From positions 62,001-126,000 of the forward strand of contig CT868001.1 of assembly GCA_000165425.1 (NCBI GenBank): DNA of 64,000 bases, in the 5' to 3' direction. The stretch is from Paramecium tetraurelia (taxonomy: Eukaryota). Shown here one piece after another: positions 39,081 to 52,953 of the stretch. Position numbers and translations under genes: made by a program. Under the pieces are notes generated by a model. It was given only the letters and a program-made list of their open reading frames with translations, had not been told where the DNA came from and did no database searches. Each line of letters starts with the position of its first letter. The first letter of the stretch is position 1.

Positions 39081-40295
39081 ATGAAGAAATCAACGGGTTA
39101 AAGCTATCGTAAAATACAAGCAGAATTTAGGTATGAGGTGTATTAATAATTTGTAGATAACCTAGACCACATTTGATGGAAGTATAAAGTATGACAGTAA
39201 TTGCGAATCAAAGTAATGAAGTTCTTATTCTTTCAGATGGAGCAGGGAAATTTTCAATTAAAGAGTTCCTTGAGCGATAAAAAGCTAATATAAGAGAAAA
39301 GAAAACCCAATCAAGCGATAACATTATCAGGAAGATTGCTCCAATCAAAATAGAAAATTAAAAGGGCACAAACAGTTCTCCTCGATTCAGAATAAAATTG
39401 GTCTCGAGTCCTTTAAGCACTAACCGTACTACTCTTTCGAGATCTCCTTAGACTTCAACATTTCGAAATCATAGAATACCTTTAGAATCTGATTATGTTT
39501 GTGAAACGGAGATGCATATATAAACCAATAGAATAGACAGGGCATTTCATTAAACTGATATTGATGAAAGCACAATGTTATCCCCTAAGTCTCCTACAAC
39601 ACAGGATTACGGAGTAGACAGTTCTCCAGTAGTTAAAACAAGGAATGTTATTAAATCTGTTGATGATGAAAATTTGTTGAAAGAGTAAATTAAACCTCCA
39701 AAAAGAACCAAAAAATAATTGAGACATTGTTTGCTCAGAGCCTTGAAAAAATTGAAGGAAATGAACATCACCACTAAAATGATGGTCTAAAAATAAATAT
39801 TCTCTAAAAAGCCTTATCAAAAACCTTTTTCTCAAGAATTCATTCATGCAGTAAAGTTGAATCAATTAGAGAAGGTTCATCAATATTTGGAGAAAAACAA
39901 ATACTTGGTTTTCGATTTCGATTTCTTCAATATGTCTGCCTTGCATTGGTCTAGTAAAAAGGGTTTGTATGAAATGTCTGAATTGTTAATTAAGTATCAT
40001 GCAGATGTTGATGCAATAGACATATTGAATAGAACACCTCTGTATTTAGCTATACAAGAAAATAACATTCCTATTATTGAGGTAAGAATCTCATTGCTAA
40101 TTTTGTAGTTACTATTAAGAAATAGGGCATATCCCTGGTCTACTTAAGTCACTGATTTGGGAGAAGTGGTTAAGGACAATAAGAAAGTTCGTAGGATCTT
40201 AACTTAAATCAGAAGAGTAAGGGTTATAATATAATTCTTAGGTGGACATCATCAACATGTGGGGGGAGAAGAAATTAAAAGAAGAGTTTTTTTGA
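39081..40295 (+). CDS. Ankyrin-repeat protein
   Basis: MSALHWSSKKGLYEMSELLIKYHADVD..RTPLYLAIQ; four short introns; TGA 40293-40295; start approximate. Confidence 0.75.
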
Positions 40296-40316
40296 TTTTT
40301 ATATATTTTTATAATG

Positions 40317-42067
40317 TCACCAATCATCGTCACTTGTCATTGATCTCTCAGGTAGGGGAGAGCGCTATTCAGGGAAGAATCTTGAATAGTAAGCTATGTT
40401 CCTTTGTATCTGGCTTAACAACGAATCTTATTCTACAAAGTAATTTATAGTGAAACTCAGAGGCTCTATACTAACTAAACTTATGGGGCCTTTGTGAATC
40501 TTATTGTATTAATTGGATAATAAAGTACTTATTTTCGAAAGAAAGGCAATTATCCTTTTTAGATATGCCACATTATGGTAACTCCTTCATTAGTACAACA
40601 AACTATTAAATTATTATGATGCCACCCGATATCAAATTATTTAATGAGCAATTTTGGATTATGTTCTATAAACATCTTCACAAATTCAAGATTGGGTAGG
40701 GAATAATAGGTGAATTGATAATTGATATTTTTGGTCATGGTAATTAAAAAGGTTTGTGCTTTTTCAATTTTCACATCTATAATTTGATCATTCAAACTAA
40801 GTTGTCGAATCAATTGCTTTTTTGATAATTAGTAGATTGATAACTTGTATTCACTTACAATAATTAGGGAATCCTGATTTTGATCATAATGCATTCTTTT
40901 CACCTTCTCCTCAGTCTTAAGACTGTAAATCTTATTTCCCTACTCCCATCCAAATAGCCAGCCATCGTTGGCAATAGTCCATATCTTGTACTTTAATAAT
41001 TTTAGAGTAGTTGATGTCTAATTACTTTGAAAGAGTGATTCTTATTAATCCTGTTTCGAATGTTGAATATTGGCACTACTATTGCCATTCACGACATTAT
41101 GTTACAAAACCCAAATCATATCTTAGACTGCACTCTGATGAGCATTTAATACTAATTGTTTGTTCTTTCGTAGTTCAAATATTATTGCTGTTTTGTCTTT
41201 GGATGTAGTGCCGATATATTGATTGCAAGGAGATATCGTAACTGAAAGGATCTCGCTTTGATGATGATCAATTAATGTGCACAATTTGTATACTTAGAGT
41301 TCTGAGTTGTTTAACAAATGTTATTAATAAATTATCAAATTTACCTTATCACTTACTTACACTTGCAATGATAGATCATTAGAATATTGAACAATAGATC
41401 TACATAATAGAAATATAAATAAAACATTGAATGTTGCTCTCGTATAATTTTCTTGGTTAATTTTTAAGTGCACTGATGTTTGGAAGTGAGTTGATAATTG
41501 GATTCCAATTAGCAATGATTTTTGCATTCCAAAATCTTATTTGTCTGTGCTTATTGCATCAGAACCATGAGTCTGTTTGGTTGTAGGACTCCAATTTCTT
41601 GGTGACATATCAGTAGGATCTGCCTGATGATTTCAACACAAGTAAGAGGTTGAAATTCTGATTCGATAATGAGGTTTGCAAGCTGGTGTTTTTGTTGTTC
41701 ATCTATCATATGAATTAAGAGAATAGGAACCTAAACAGCAATCTTGTAATCGACCTCTCAATAATTCGACAGCTTCATTTATTTTTTGTTGTTGCAACAA
41801 TTCTACATAATGATTTTAGACAATTATAAACATGCATTTTTGCTTCTTCTCTTAATTCACATAGGTGTTGAATAGTTATTCCAATTAATCGAAATCTTGA
41901 TTCTGAATGTAGGTAGTAATCTTGGAAACAATTGAAGAATCAACTTTTGAGTCTAATTGTTATAATTGATTATAACTTGTTTTTTAGATGAGTTCTTGAA
42001 TTGTTTAATAGTAACCATGATTGTTTAAATATTGAAGAAATATTTATAATTTTTCTTATTGTTTCAT
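40317..42067 (-). CDS. LisH/CTLH plus WD40 protein, WDR26/Gid7-like
   Basis: LisH IFLQYLNNHGYYQTIQEL, CTLH-like HYVELLQQQKINEAVELLR, QPNRLMVLMQQA..ECKNH, followed by WD repeats. Confidence 0.75.
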
Positions 42068-42150
42068 TAAATAAATTAATAAATTGCAATCAAATAATAA
42101 TCGCTCGATTATTTTTCATTAAATAAATTATCACAATTAAAAATTTATAC

Positions 42151-42956
42151 ATGATTTCCAAAATCCCTCTTAGATTGTTAAGCACCATCCAACCATTGAA
42201 GATGACAAGAGTATTTGCTCCATTCTGCACCCAATTGGAGAAGGTCAATAAAAGTATACACTCAATTAATAAAATAGCTGGATAAAAGTTAGTGAAGATA
42301 GTTGAGAAAGAATTGAAATACGAGAAAACCAATTACGTTGAGGATGACACAGCCATTCAATTCGTCGAAAAGGCCGGATTCCAATTGGTCGACGACGAAG
42401 CCAATCACGAAGTCACATTAGAAAAGAAAGTAGGAGATGTCAAAGTCATCGTGCAATTCCAATCAAGACAACCCAATTAAGACGAAGGAGAAGAAGAAGA
42501 AGCAGAAGAACAATAGAAAAATAAGTAAAATCAAGAGGAAGAGGAAGAATAAGAATCACATACTGAATATGCCGATTTCACAGTTTATCTCCAAAAAAGC
42601 AATGGACAAATCTTATGCTATGAATGCAGCACTTCATAAGGAGAAGTACATCTCTTATTATATCCCATTAGGTTAATGTTAACATGGTTAGTTTGATTAA
42701 GGACTTAGAGGCTCACAAGTTGATTCCAAGATTTGAGAGAGGATTATAAGATTACTCAGGCCCAGATTTCATTACTTTAGATGAGGTTGTCATTAATAGT
42801 TATTTTTAGAGATTACAATTGGCTTTGGTCGACTATTTGAAAGGATTTGGAATTAACGATGAATTGGGTGCATTCATTGAACACTACTCATTGGACAAAG
42901 AATAAAGATTGTACATCTAATGGTTAAACTCATTGACAACCTTCTTGAAGAATTGA
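42151..42956 (+). CDS. Mitochondrial acidic matrix protein MAM33/p32 (C1QBP) family
   Basis: Presequence-like N-terminus, KELKYE, YSGPDFITLDERLQ..YLKGFGINDEL..KEQRLYIQWL; three short introns. Confidence 0.9.
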
Positions 42957-42991
42957 GCAAAGTTATTCATTTGTTATTGTATAATAATTAG

Positions 42992-44784
42992 TCATTATTA
43001 TTTATTCACTTTTGCCTTCAATTTCATGTGTATTCTCCAAATTGATAATAATCCAAATATTCCTGAACTCTATAACAATATCAAACCACAAAATTTTCCG
43101 AAAAAGTTAGTTAGAATATATAATAAGGAGGTGATAGAGAAAGAGAAACTGTAAATTATATACATTAAATCGACTGAGTAAATGAACTATTATTAATTTA
43201 ATAATTTACTTTTTGAAAATAAACGATCTAAAATGATATGGTGGTTGACATCATTGCAGAACAGCTGAATCCAAAAATGAATGACATTACAAATACTAAA
43301 AACTCTATTTAAAATATGTAGATTCCCCAAGCCAAAAAGCAACCCAATTGATATACTCCAAGAATATAATACAGTCCTCTTAATTTATTACACAATTCTA
43401 TACGTTATTTTTTATGAGAAGTCTCCAAACAACCCTATATAAAAACATCCAAAAATCTGTCCTATCCCTACATACAAGAATCCTTCATAAATTGTGGCAG
43501 CCCTCATCTCAGCATCCAACACTGAATTTATTGTCAATAAGTTTGGCAATTACAACAACAAAAAGGACATCAAATTTCCAACATTGAAAATCAAAATTAT
43601 AAAATAAAAGAATCCTTCAGAACAAAGAACGGACAAAGTTAAATATAAATTTCCAAAGTAATTGTTTTTTACATATTCCTCCATCGATATTGTTTTCTAA
43701 CCAGCTTACACCCATCGCAGATCTTCAGCTGAACTTGGCTTCTCTGACAAAATATCCTATAGGTTGTTCTCTTCATATGAAAAACTTTAAATCGTAAAGA
43801 ACTGCTGAGTCTGCATCATCTATACCTACTAATCCATAATTTTTTTAATCTTCCCATTTTCCCCAGTCACTTCCTCCTCTATTAGTTTATGATATAATTC
43901 ATTCTGCTCTTTCTTCTAATTCATCTTCTGTAGTTCTAATTTCAAGATCTTTTTGTTTTCCTTACCATTCTCCATCAACAATTGAGCAATAATCTTATTG
44001 AACTTCTTAAACTTTGACTTCTTCTTTTCATCAGGAATTGTTAAGAATAACGAACATAAAAACAAAGAACTGACTATCAATATAATATAAACGTGTTTTA
44101 ATGTTTCTACTAATGAATCTCTACTACAAATATGAACCAGCAAATTCCCTATCAGACTACCCACCAACCATTGAAATTGATGTCTATGCATTAAATTATA
44201 ATATCTATATACATACATAAAATAGAACGAACTATAGTAAATTATCTTCTCCCGTCCACCAGCCAAATTTGACAAATAATAAAGCATCGAAAAAAGCAGC
44301 AAAGTCTTACAAAATCCTGAGATAAATGAAAACACTATTGTGAATGTCCATAATGCAAAGACATTGCAAATAGGCTGTTCAGCGTCTTTGCAGATTGTTG
44401 CAAATTAAAGGGGTATAATAAACAAAATAGATCCTAATGAGGAAAAGAAAAATATGTATTTGAATTAAACTTTCAATAAAAGCATTGGCATCATTGGCAA
44501 ACTCAAAGGGGCAGCCATCTCGTAACAAAACCATCTACAAAGATTAATATGCGATTGTACTAAACATTTCCAAGACTTACAAGTCCTGAATCGAGACCTG
44601 ATGGAAAATTGGTTGAATATAGGAAATCATATATTTGCATCATTCCCATTTTTCCAGTCATATTGAATGCCTTAAGCAACATAAACATAAAGCAGCAATA
44701 AGTTGAAAGCCACAAGTCTTTTTCTGATTTTTTTTCTTGTATTCTCAATTAATATCTATATTAAATGAATTATAATTCATTCAT
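42992..44784 (-). CDS. MFS-type (UNC-93-like) multi-pass membrane transporter
   Basis: Two clusters of hydrophobic helices separated by a charged loop; start MNELQFIQYR; one short intron near 44536-44560. Confidence 0.65.
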
Positions 44785-45934
44785 TTACTATAAATTTATA
44801 TATGTTTAATTGTCTTAAACAAAAATTTTAAATTTGATAATGTTGTACAAATTGTTAAATTATTGTCACAAGTAAATTACGATTAATTTTAACTCCTATA
44901 AATATCGACTCTTGTCATTATAGAATATGAACAGAATCCTAAAATTATATCATTTCGAAGTTTAAATCAAAAATGTTAACCTATAAATTTAAATTTCAAC
45001 TTCTATTTAGACAACAAAGAAAAGTAACCATTCAAGTAAACAATCAAACAATCCAAACGACAAGAAAATATCACTTACCCAATTTCCATTATATTAAATG
45101 TCTATAACTACGAAGATAATAAGATAAATATTAATTTTAATATAATTATATTCTATATAAACTTAAAATTGCATTTTTTAAATTCTCTTATTTATGACAA
45201 TTTAGTTTAACTTTAAATAAAAGCCTAATTAATTCAAATAAGTTCTTCTAAATGATAGGAATGGAAGATTTAATTTATTCCTAACATTGTTCTATACTCT
45301 GAGGTGAATAAATTTTGGAATAAACATGTGTTCATTTGATTATAATCTAACATGAAAAATCAAGCTATTTAAACGATTTTTTAAAAACTGCCTTGCCTAT
45401 TACATTCTTATACAATAATAATATTATTGGAAACTGTAATTTAAGATCTAGTAACCTACTTTAACAGGATTACTCGTCAGCTTTTTCCATAAAATGTAAA
45501 CGTTTCAAATGTGCATTTAATATTCAGATGTCCTTTGAATGATTTATCATTTCGTATGCTAAGTATGATAGATTTTTGGCATTAATTAATTACTTGTCTT
45601 AATTTAATAATATCTCTATTGATGATTTATTGTTACTTTCACATTCATAACATTTAGATGCACTGAAATTACGTTTATATGTCAATTAAGGATTATTGTT
45701 TAAAATAACAATAATTTGATTCTTTCTATTAATTATTTTATATCATAATTATCTAAATCTATTAAAAATTTAAATTTTTATTAAGAATAACTGTTCTCTA
45801 AAATGAAAACGCATTTTACCTTTGCTTTTATTTATTTTATTTATTAATTGTTTTCAGTTTATGGAAAATTTAAATATATATGATTTGCGATAGAAATAGA
45901 AATAGAGCAATAAATAATTATTATTATTAATTAA

Positions 45935-48244
45935 ATGTCTTAGAGCTCAGATAAAAGAATGTGCAAAACTCATAATTTATAGATCATTGCCACCAATCTT
46001 AAGGAGTCTTGTGACGAGGAAAGTAGACATTTATGTGGGTAATGCCTAACATTAAGAACTATGGAATAGACCATCCATATAAATGAGGTGGCCTAAAATT
46101 ACTTAAATGAAATTAAAACAGAGTACTATTAACAAAAGAGTAAAAATATTGAATAGGCATAAAATATACTAAGCTAACTCTAAGTTTGCATTGATGAGCT
46201 CAAAAGAAGTTTGTTGTAGATTTGTGAAAAAGTCTCTCAATAAATCACTCAAGAGATAGAGAGATTATCATCTCTTATGGAGAAATTAGATTAGACTGTT
46301 TAATCTATAGATGTTTATAATTTTGATGAATTATTTACCAAACTCTCAAAAAGAAGATTTAGAAAATTCATAGTTTTCATTCAGAAACATCTTAAAATCT
46401 CAGATAGAACAAATTTAGAATAACTAAAAAATCGAAGAATTTCTTCAATAACTTAATTCAATAGAATTTTAAACAAGTCAAATGGAAATCTTTTAAACTC
46501 AATAATGCTCGTAGAATTAAGAAGAACATTAGATTGTAAAGATTATAATGATAATAAATAGGACACTCCAGGACTTAAGGTAGTATGCCAAACTCACAAT
46601 AAAGAAGTAATAGCCTTTGATCTTGATCCTGAGAGAGCTAAGGAAAATCGGTTAGCTTGTATTTACTGTATTGAAGAAAACTCAATAAAATATCATTCGT
46701 TGACAAAAGTGTAGAAACAGTGGAATTAATTGGAAGAAATAAAGAAAAAGAAATTGGAGGCATTGCAACAAAAAAATTATGAGAATGAATAAGTTATATT
46801 GTAATAATTAACCACTTTTACTGATATATTGCAATAGAAGAAAAATGAAATTATTGATTATCTAAAGGAGCATAATTCAAATTTAAATAACATAATTAAT
46901 TCAGCATTTTAGGGATAGAATTAAAATTGGCAGAATTTTTAAAAGAAAACTCTTCTTGATATAGCTGAAACTTTATCTAACACTTAATTAACTGATTAGA
47001 TTTAGTTTAAGTAAGAAAATTAAATATTGGAATAGGAATAGTAATTAAATAAAAACATTTATAATTCTCTTTAGAAGGTTAAAGAAACTTGTGCGACATC
47101 ATTCCAAAAAATATCTGAAAAGATTTGTAATGATTAGGAATAAGTCTTTTATCATTCTATGATATAACAGTAGAGAGAACCTTAAATGATATCAAAAGTG
47201 GTCGAATTAAATTTGTAGATTCCATAAGAAACGAAATATCAAGAGATAAAATAAACATAAACAGATTCAGTATCGTAAGGGCAAGCAAAGATTAATTATT
47301 TAATGTTACAAAACCCTCCAATAAGGCAAGTTGATAATTTTAGGTCATTATGCTTTACAAAAGAGAATGATATATTAATAGCAGGATGCAATAAATCAAT
47401 ATAACTATACAAATTTATTTGGGGGTAATTGGAACTTATTTAATCGCTAGATAAGCACGATTCAAATATTTGTTCAATTTATGCTATGAAGAAAAGTAAA
47501 TCATTTGTTTCAGGGGATTTTAATGGGAAGGTAATCTTTTGGGTTTTTGAAGACAATAAGTTAAAATTCTAAGCTGAATTAAAGGAACATACAGATTACG
47601 TTAATTAGATATTGATGAATAAGGATGAGAATGAAATGATCACATGTAGTGATGATAAGTGTATTAAATTTTATACCAAAGAATAATAATAATGGAGATG
47701 CGTATAGACTATAAAGAATCATCAGAGTAACGTAAATGCAATATCATTGAATGCATTAGAAAATACTTTGATTTCATGTGGATTTGATAGCCTAATTTCA
47801 GTGTTAATTAAAGATCCGCTTTTAAGAGAATGGTAAGTAAAGTAAACAATTAAGAATGAGCAATATGGTTATAGGATTTGTTTCATTAAGAATAACCATT
47901 TCTTTTTTTAACCTCAGGGATAATCGAAAATATAGCTATTTAAAAAATCTAGTGTGAGTGGTGAATTTGAGAAGATGAATGAGTTTGATGTGACTAAAAT
48001 ATAGAGTAGTTGTTGTAGATGGTTCTAAATGGAATATAAGGAATAAAGCAAGTTGTTATTATGTAAGAATGGAAATTGTGTTAATTTATTTAAAGTTTAG
48101 GATGATTATTCACTAAAGGCTGAATAAACAATCACATTCGAAACTTAGAGTATTTATGGAGCAATAACAAGTGATTCTTTGTATCTAATTTTATGGGATG
48201 AGAAATCTAAGCAATTTTAAATTAGAAAATAGTACGATGAATGA
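45935..48244 (+). CDS. WD40-repeat protein with two N-terminal Cys/His motifs and coiled coils
   Basis: 2310-nt frame; CAKH..CHQ..LCGQC, CQTH..ACIYC; WD repeats (HDSNICSIY..FVSGDFNGKVIFW, HTDYVNQIL..ITCSDDKCIKF). Confidence 0.85.
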
Positions 48245-48294
48245 TAGATCTAATCACAAATCAAATTTTATATTAACATCATCAATCATTGATA

Positions 48295-49907
48295 TCACTT
48301 CCAGTTAGATGCGAATGTCTCTTTTTATCTTAAAGTTCTTCTCCTTAATTCTCAAGATGTTTGGCGAAAATGACTGTCACATTCTTATCACTATTTTTGC
48401 TTTGTCTTTTCTATGAGATAGAACAAAGGATTTACTTATTTGTCTTCATCATCAACATTGCTCATCTCGTAATATTTGATATCAGCCTACAACTGGTCAT
48501 CGAGAGCCACTCTCTTTAAGTGCTATCTTCTCTAATATACGCCGCAGAGAATGGCTACCAAGATGATCATAACATTATACACATAAACTGAATAGCCTAT
48601 TTTGATATCAAACCCGTATTCAGCCTATTTAGTTAGTAATAATTCATTCGGATAACCTCCAGCAATGAATCCAATAGGTCTGATTAGGCAGTAAGCCTAG
48701 GTTATAATATACTTCTTACTCCAACTAAAGAAGTGGACACAATTCCCATTTGGAGATTGTATCTGAGACCAAGCAAACCCAAAATCACTCCAGATACAAC
48801 GATGGAAGTTGTCAAAGGGAAGAACATTAAGTCTGTTTCAATAGTGTAGTAAAATAAGGATTGAATCATCAAGGAGATAATCACACCAACACTAAATCCA
48901 AAGTTGAATAGAAGGAAAAAGAATCTCTGCATGGAAGCATTGAAATAAATGAAAGCCACTAATATTCCTGATCCTATGACGACACACAAGGCGGCATTAC
49001 TCGATTAACTATTTAATGTGGCCTCTCCAATGACAATAGTAGTAAATCCGAAACCCATTATGGATGCTAGAATCATTGATGACAACTATGCTAATTAGTA
49101 TCCGAAGAGTAGGAAGAATATTCCAACCACCCAAAGGAATATGGAGAACATCCATTTAAAATCAATAAAGAATTAAGTCACAGGGTTATAGACCAATATT
49201 GGACAAGCAGATGATGTTGTAAGGATGAATAGATATCCATCTTTATTAGAGTCTTCTATCGTCAAGACATCTGATTCGGAACACTTCAATTATAATTTAA
49301 AGGTCTCCTTTTCTATGATTCCTCTTCTTTCAATAATCAATCCCTCAAATGGCTTATTTTCAACCAATAAAGTTATTTGGTTTGCATCCACATTGCTTTA
49401 TTCAGAATATGGAGTGCATGTGTTTTTTTCTCCAATAATAAGTGATTGTGATTAGTCTTTATCTACTTATTTAAGTACATTCGCATCTTCCTTATCATTA
49501 GTTTTCTTATCATCACTTGTCTTATCATCTACTTTAGGAGTATTTGTATCAGTTGTAGTGGAAGTACCACTATTAGTATTATTGTCCTCTTTATTTGTAT
49601 CTGTTGCGGGTTCTGTATTAGTGTTGTTTTCATTTGTTTTTTCAGTATCTGTGGTAGTGGTGGCAGTGTCTGTACTTGTATTATTTGTTTCAGTTTTGGT
49701 CTCTTCCAAAAGTCTGGTGGATTCTTACTACTCACATCTATAATTTAAAAGTCCACACAATGTGATGTATAAGGATTTCCCATCATTTCCATAAATCAAA
49801 TAATTAGCTTATACATTGCTAAAATCGAATTTAAGGTCGTTGTTATATTGGACTTGGCATGAGAGTAATGTTGTGAATAAAATTGATACTATAAAAATAT
49901 TCATCAT
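48295..49907 (-). CDS. Signal-peptide membrane protein, TM7SF3/DUF4203-like, with Thr/Asp/Asn-rich lumenal insert
   Basis: Signal peptide, Cys-containing ectodomain ending TSSACP, about 7 TM helices, STSLVG-AYCLIRPIGFIAGGYPNE; one short intron. Confidence 0.7.
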
Positions 49908-49915
49908 AATTAATA

Positions 49916-51199
49916 ATGAAATATCACAAAGTTAAATGGGAATTAGTACCAATCGTCGATGAAGCTAGCCAACATTATCTGAATTAGTTGAATTAACGAA
50001 ATCGCTTTCATAACTTTCCTGCCAACCAGTGGTTTAAGAGAAGATCTGATTAAGTAAAGCCTCAGTATCTCTATTACCCTGAAGAAAGAAGATTATAGAT
50101 GGAACTTAAATAGATTTTCATGGTAAATCCGCTCATTAAACCTCTTTAGACTTTAGATTGTAACAACGAAGGAGTACTTACATTGGCTCATCTGTTTATG
50201 CTCTTCAAACACTATGGGTATGAAGTCAGTGTCAACGATTTATAAACCATATACCAGTTTATCGATTATAACAAGGACAAGGCCTTGTCATTGGATGAAT
50301 TCAAAGGTCTCACTGAAAATCAAGAAGCCTTGTCAGCATTCAGAATGATGATGCTTAAGATTCAGAAGACCTTACAATATAGTGAAAAGTATGTTCCTCT
50401 GTCGGTCGGGGCTATGCTTAGTCATATTAGTTACTTGGTTCAAAGAGAAAAGTAACTCAAAATGATTCTCAGTGAATAGAGCATTTCAGTCAAATTCTAA
50501 GCATTTCGCTAATTAATTTAAGAAACCGAAAAGAAAACCATCGCAGACGAAGCTTATACTCTATTTCTTAAGGCTTAGGCAGAATTCTAAAGAAAACTTA
50601 AAAGGCAAAATTCAGTAGATTTGACAATCAAAGTCAGAAAATCCTTTTCAACCATCAATGGGTTATAGCCACTCTTGTTTAGGAACATGCTCATGAAGGA
50701 TGCTAGTGAACTCCAAGATCTGGCGAAAATGGTTCAAATTTAAAGTAAAATAAACCAAGATACTTTTCAAACTGTGACTGAATCATTGGAAGAGAGTTCA
50801 TTATCCAATATCGAATCAAATGATATAGAGTTAGTAGTCAAAAAAGCTTAATAAAATGGCAGACTCTAAGCTAGTCAAGAAATTAAATAATTATTAACTC
50901 ACAGAGAACTTCCTAAAATAACATCATAACATAGAAAATAATTAAGTGTAGCAACTGAAGATTTACCCAAAATTTAGTTTAATTTTAAGAAATGCCACTC
51001 TACAAATAATAAAAGCCTTTTAGAACGCTAATTGAAGCTATAAAAAATTATTCCTGCTGAGGAATTATCTCAATTTAACTTTCTTTCTTCATCGAGATCT
51101 AATAAAAATTAAAGTACAACCTAAGATCAAACCTCTTCAGAAAATTAAGGATGTTGGTCTAATAGTATTTTGTCTATGAAATTACCAACATTACAATGA
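49916..51199 (+). CDS. EF-hand-containing protein
   Basis: LKQIFM/TLDCNNEGVL and FIDYNKDKALSLDEF form an EF-hand pair; 27-nt intron 50123-50149; TGA 51197-51199. Confidence 0.75.
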
Positions 51200-51743
51200 A
51201 TATTTGATCTTATATTAAATAGCATTTTCAAATAATCTTTATGTATCCCTTTTATAATTAACTATTTTAATAATTATACTCTGTGGGTGTATCTATAATG
51301 TCAATAATTTTTATATCTCATATTGATAATCCTTAAAAACATTTTTAATCTTGAAAAACTTTTTTTGAATTTGAAAAATTAATACAAACCCATATCTACA
51401 GTAACTATTATTTTTATAAAATAAATTTAATCATTAATTACTCTAAGCACTAGATATAATTTATTTATATAGTTTGTTCTTTTAATGTTTTATAATAGTG
51501 ATTCTAAATCTAGTTTGACCAAAATATCTTTCATCTTTCTCAAAATGCACTATGATATATTTTAATATAAAATAGATATATTTTTAGTTTATAATTTACT
51601 CATTTATCATATAAATATTTTTTCATTATTAATTTAATTTAGTAGATTAAATATTACAATTAAATATCATACCTACCTTTGATGTTGTTCATCTTTGAAT
51701 TTGTTAAATATGAAGCTATTAATATATGAGTAGATAAGTAAAG

Positions 51744-52501
51744 TCAATAAAAAATGTATATATTCAAATAAGAAAAGTTACCTTCTTCTCCTTTTTCCCA
51801 ACTGGGGGCTTTTAGATCTTCTTAATTAAGGTTTGCAATTCATTAAGTTGTTCATCACAGGTTTGTTTCTAAATTAGTATTTCAATACCATTAATTGTTC
51901 ATATCTCTCTAATCTCTTAATAGGATACTCCTCTTCAATTCCTGCTTTTTATTTTTTGATGTTAGGTAGAATAGATATATATTGTCTTTTAGTTTCAGTG
52001 TGTGGATTGCAACTCGGATTTTATACATCGACGGTTGACTGATTGTTCGCATCATCATCATAAATAAAGTCTTGGGAATTGATGGGGTTAATTGGTTTTT
52101 ATTTTCTATTGATTATTTTTTATTAGTAATTGTTGCTCCTTAGAATCTAAGGAGCTATTTTGTAGAATTGAGAGACATCCACACTATATTTGATAATTGG
52201 GTTAATTGGAATAGACTATCCTTCAAATATCAATGAGTTCCTCCTACTCTTAAAGGCATTGCATTAGTTTTTGATTGAATCTTATGTAAGTTACAAGCTT
52301 TAAATTACCTGAGCTAATGATATTTGCTTCAATTTATTCTTGATTTGCTTTATTTTCTAAAGATAAGATCTACGCTGTTTTTTGGGCAGAACAATGCAAT
52401 TATCGTTTGAGTTACTTGATAAGATTGAAATCATTATAAGGACTGAGAGATTGGGATCGAAGTTGTTTAAATTGAAAAGGCTATTCACTTTATGAATTCA
52501 T
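51744..52501 (-). CDS. Hypothetical protein (3' end uncertain)
   Basis: ATG 52501 MNSQSEQPFQFKQLRSQSLSP; intron near 52281-52308; the end may extend via further introns. Confidence 0.5.
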
Positions 52502-52515
52502 AATTATTATTAAAA

Positions 52516-52928
52516 ATGGCAGAAGAGATTTCAATAACATTTGATGAATAAAACAAGATCAGAGTGTTAGATGCTGAGAAGTATAGAGAGACAGAATAGT
52601 TGAAAATAGAGAGCATGGATTTTATTAAAAAGGTGCTTGCTTTAGATGAGGTGGTTCAAAATTTGAATGAGACACTTGAAGAATATTCAAAAAAAATAGA
52701 GATTGAGAAGTTGAGAGCAATAGGAGAGGTATGATTAGTATGATTAATTAGAGAAATAAAGTAGAAACAGAGTAGGAAAACAGAAAGAAGAAATTGATGG
52801 AGTTATCGAACATTTTGAATGAGAGAAAGGCTGAATTGGATAGATATCAAATTGAACTTGATAGTCTATAGAAAGTCGAATAGGATCAAAGAATACTAAT
52901 AGAGAAGCTTAGCAACAATGAAGCATGA
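52516..52928 (+). CDS. IFT20: Intraflagellar transport protein 20
   Basis: ITFDEQNKIRVLD..IEIEKLRAIGE-RN..ELDRYQIELDSLQKVEQDQRILIEKL; 23-nt intron 52729-52751. Confidence 0.93.
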
Positions 52929-52953
52929 TGAGTTAATTAAAAATATCAATTAT

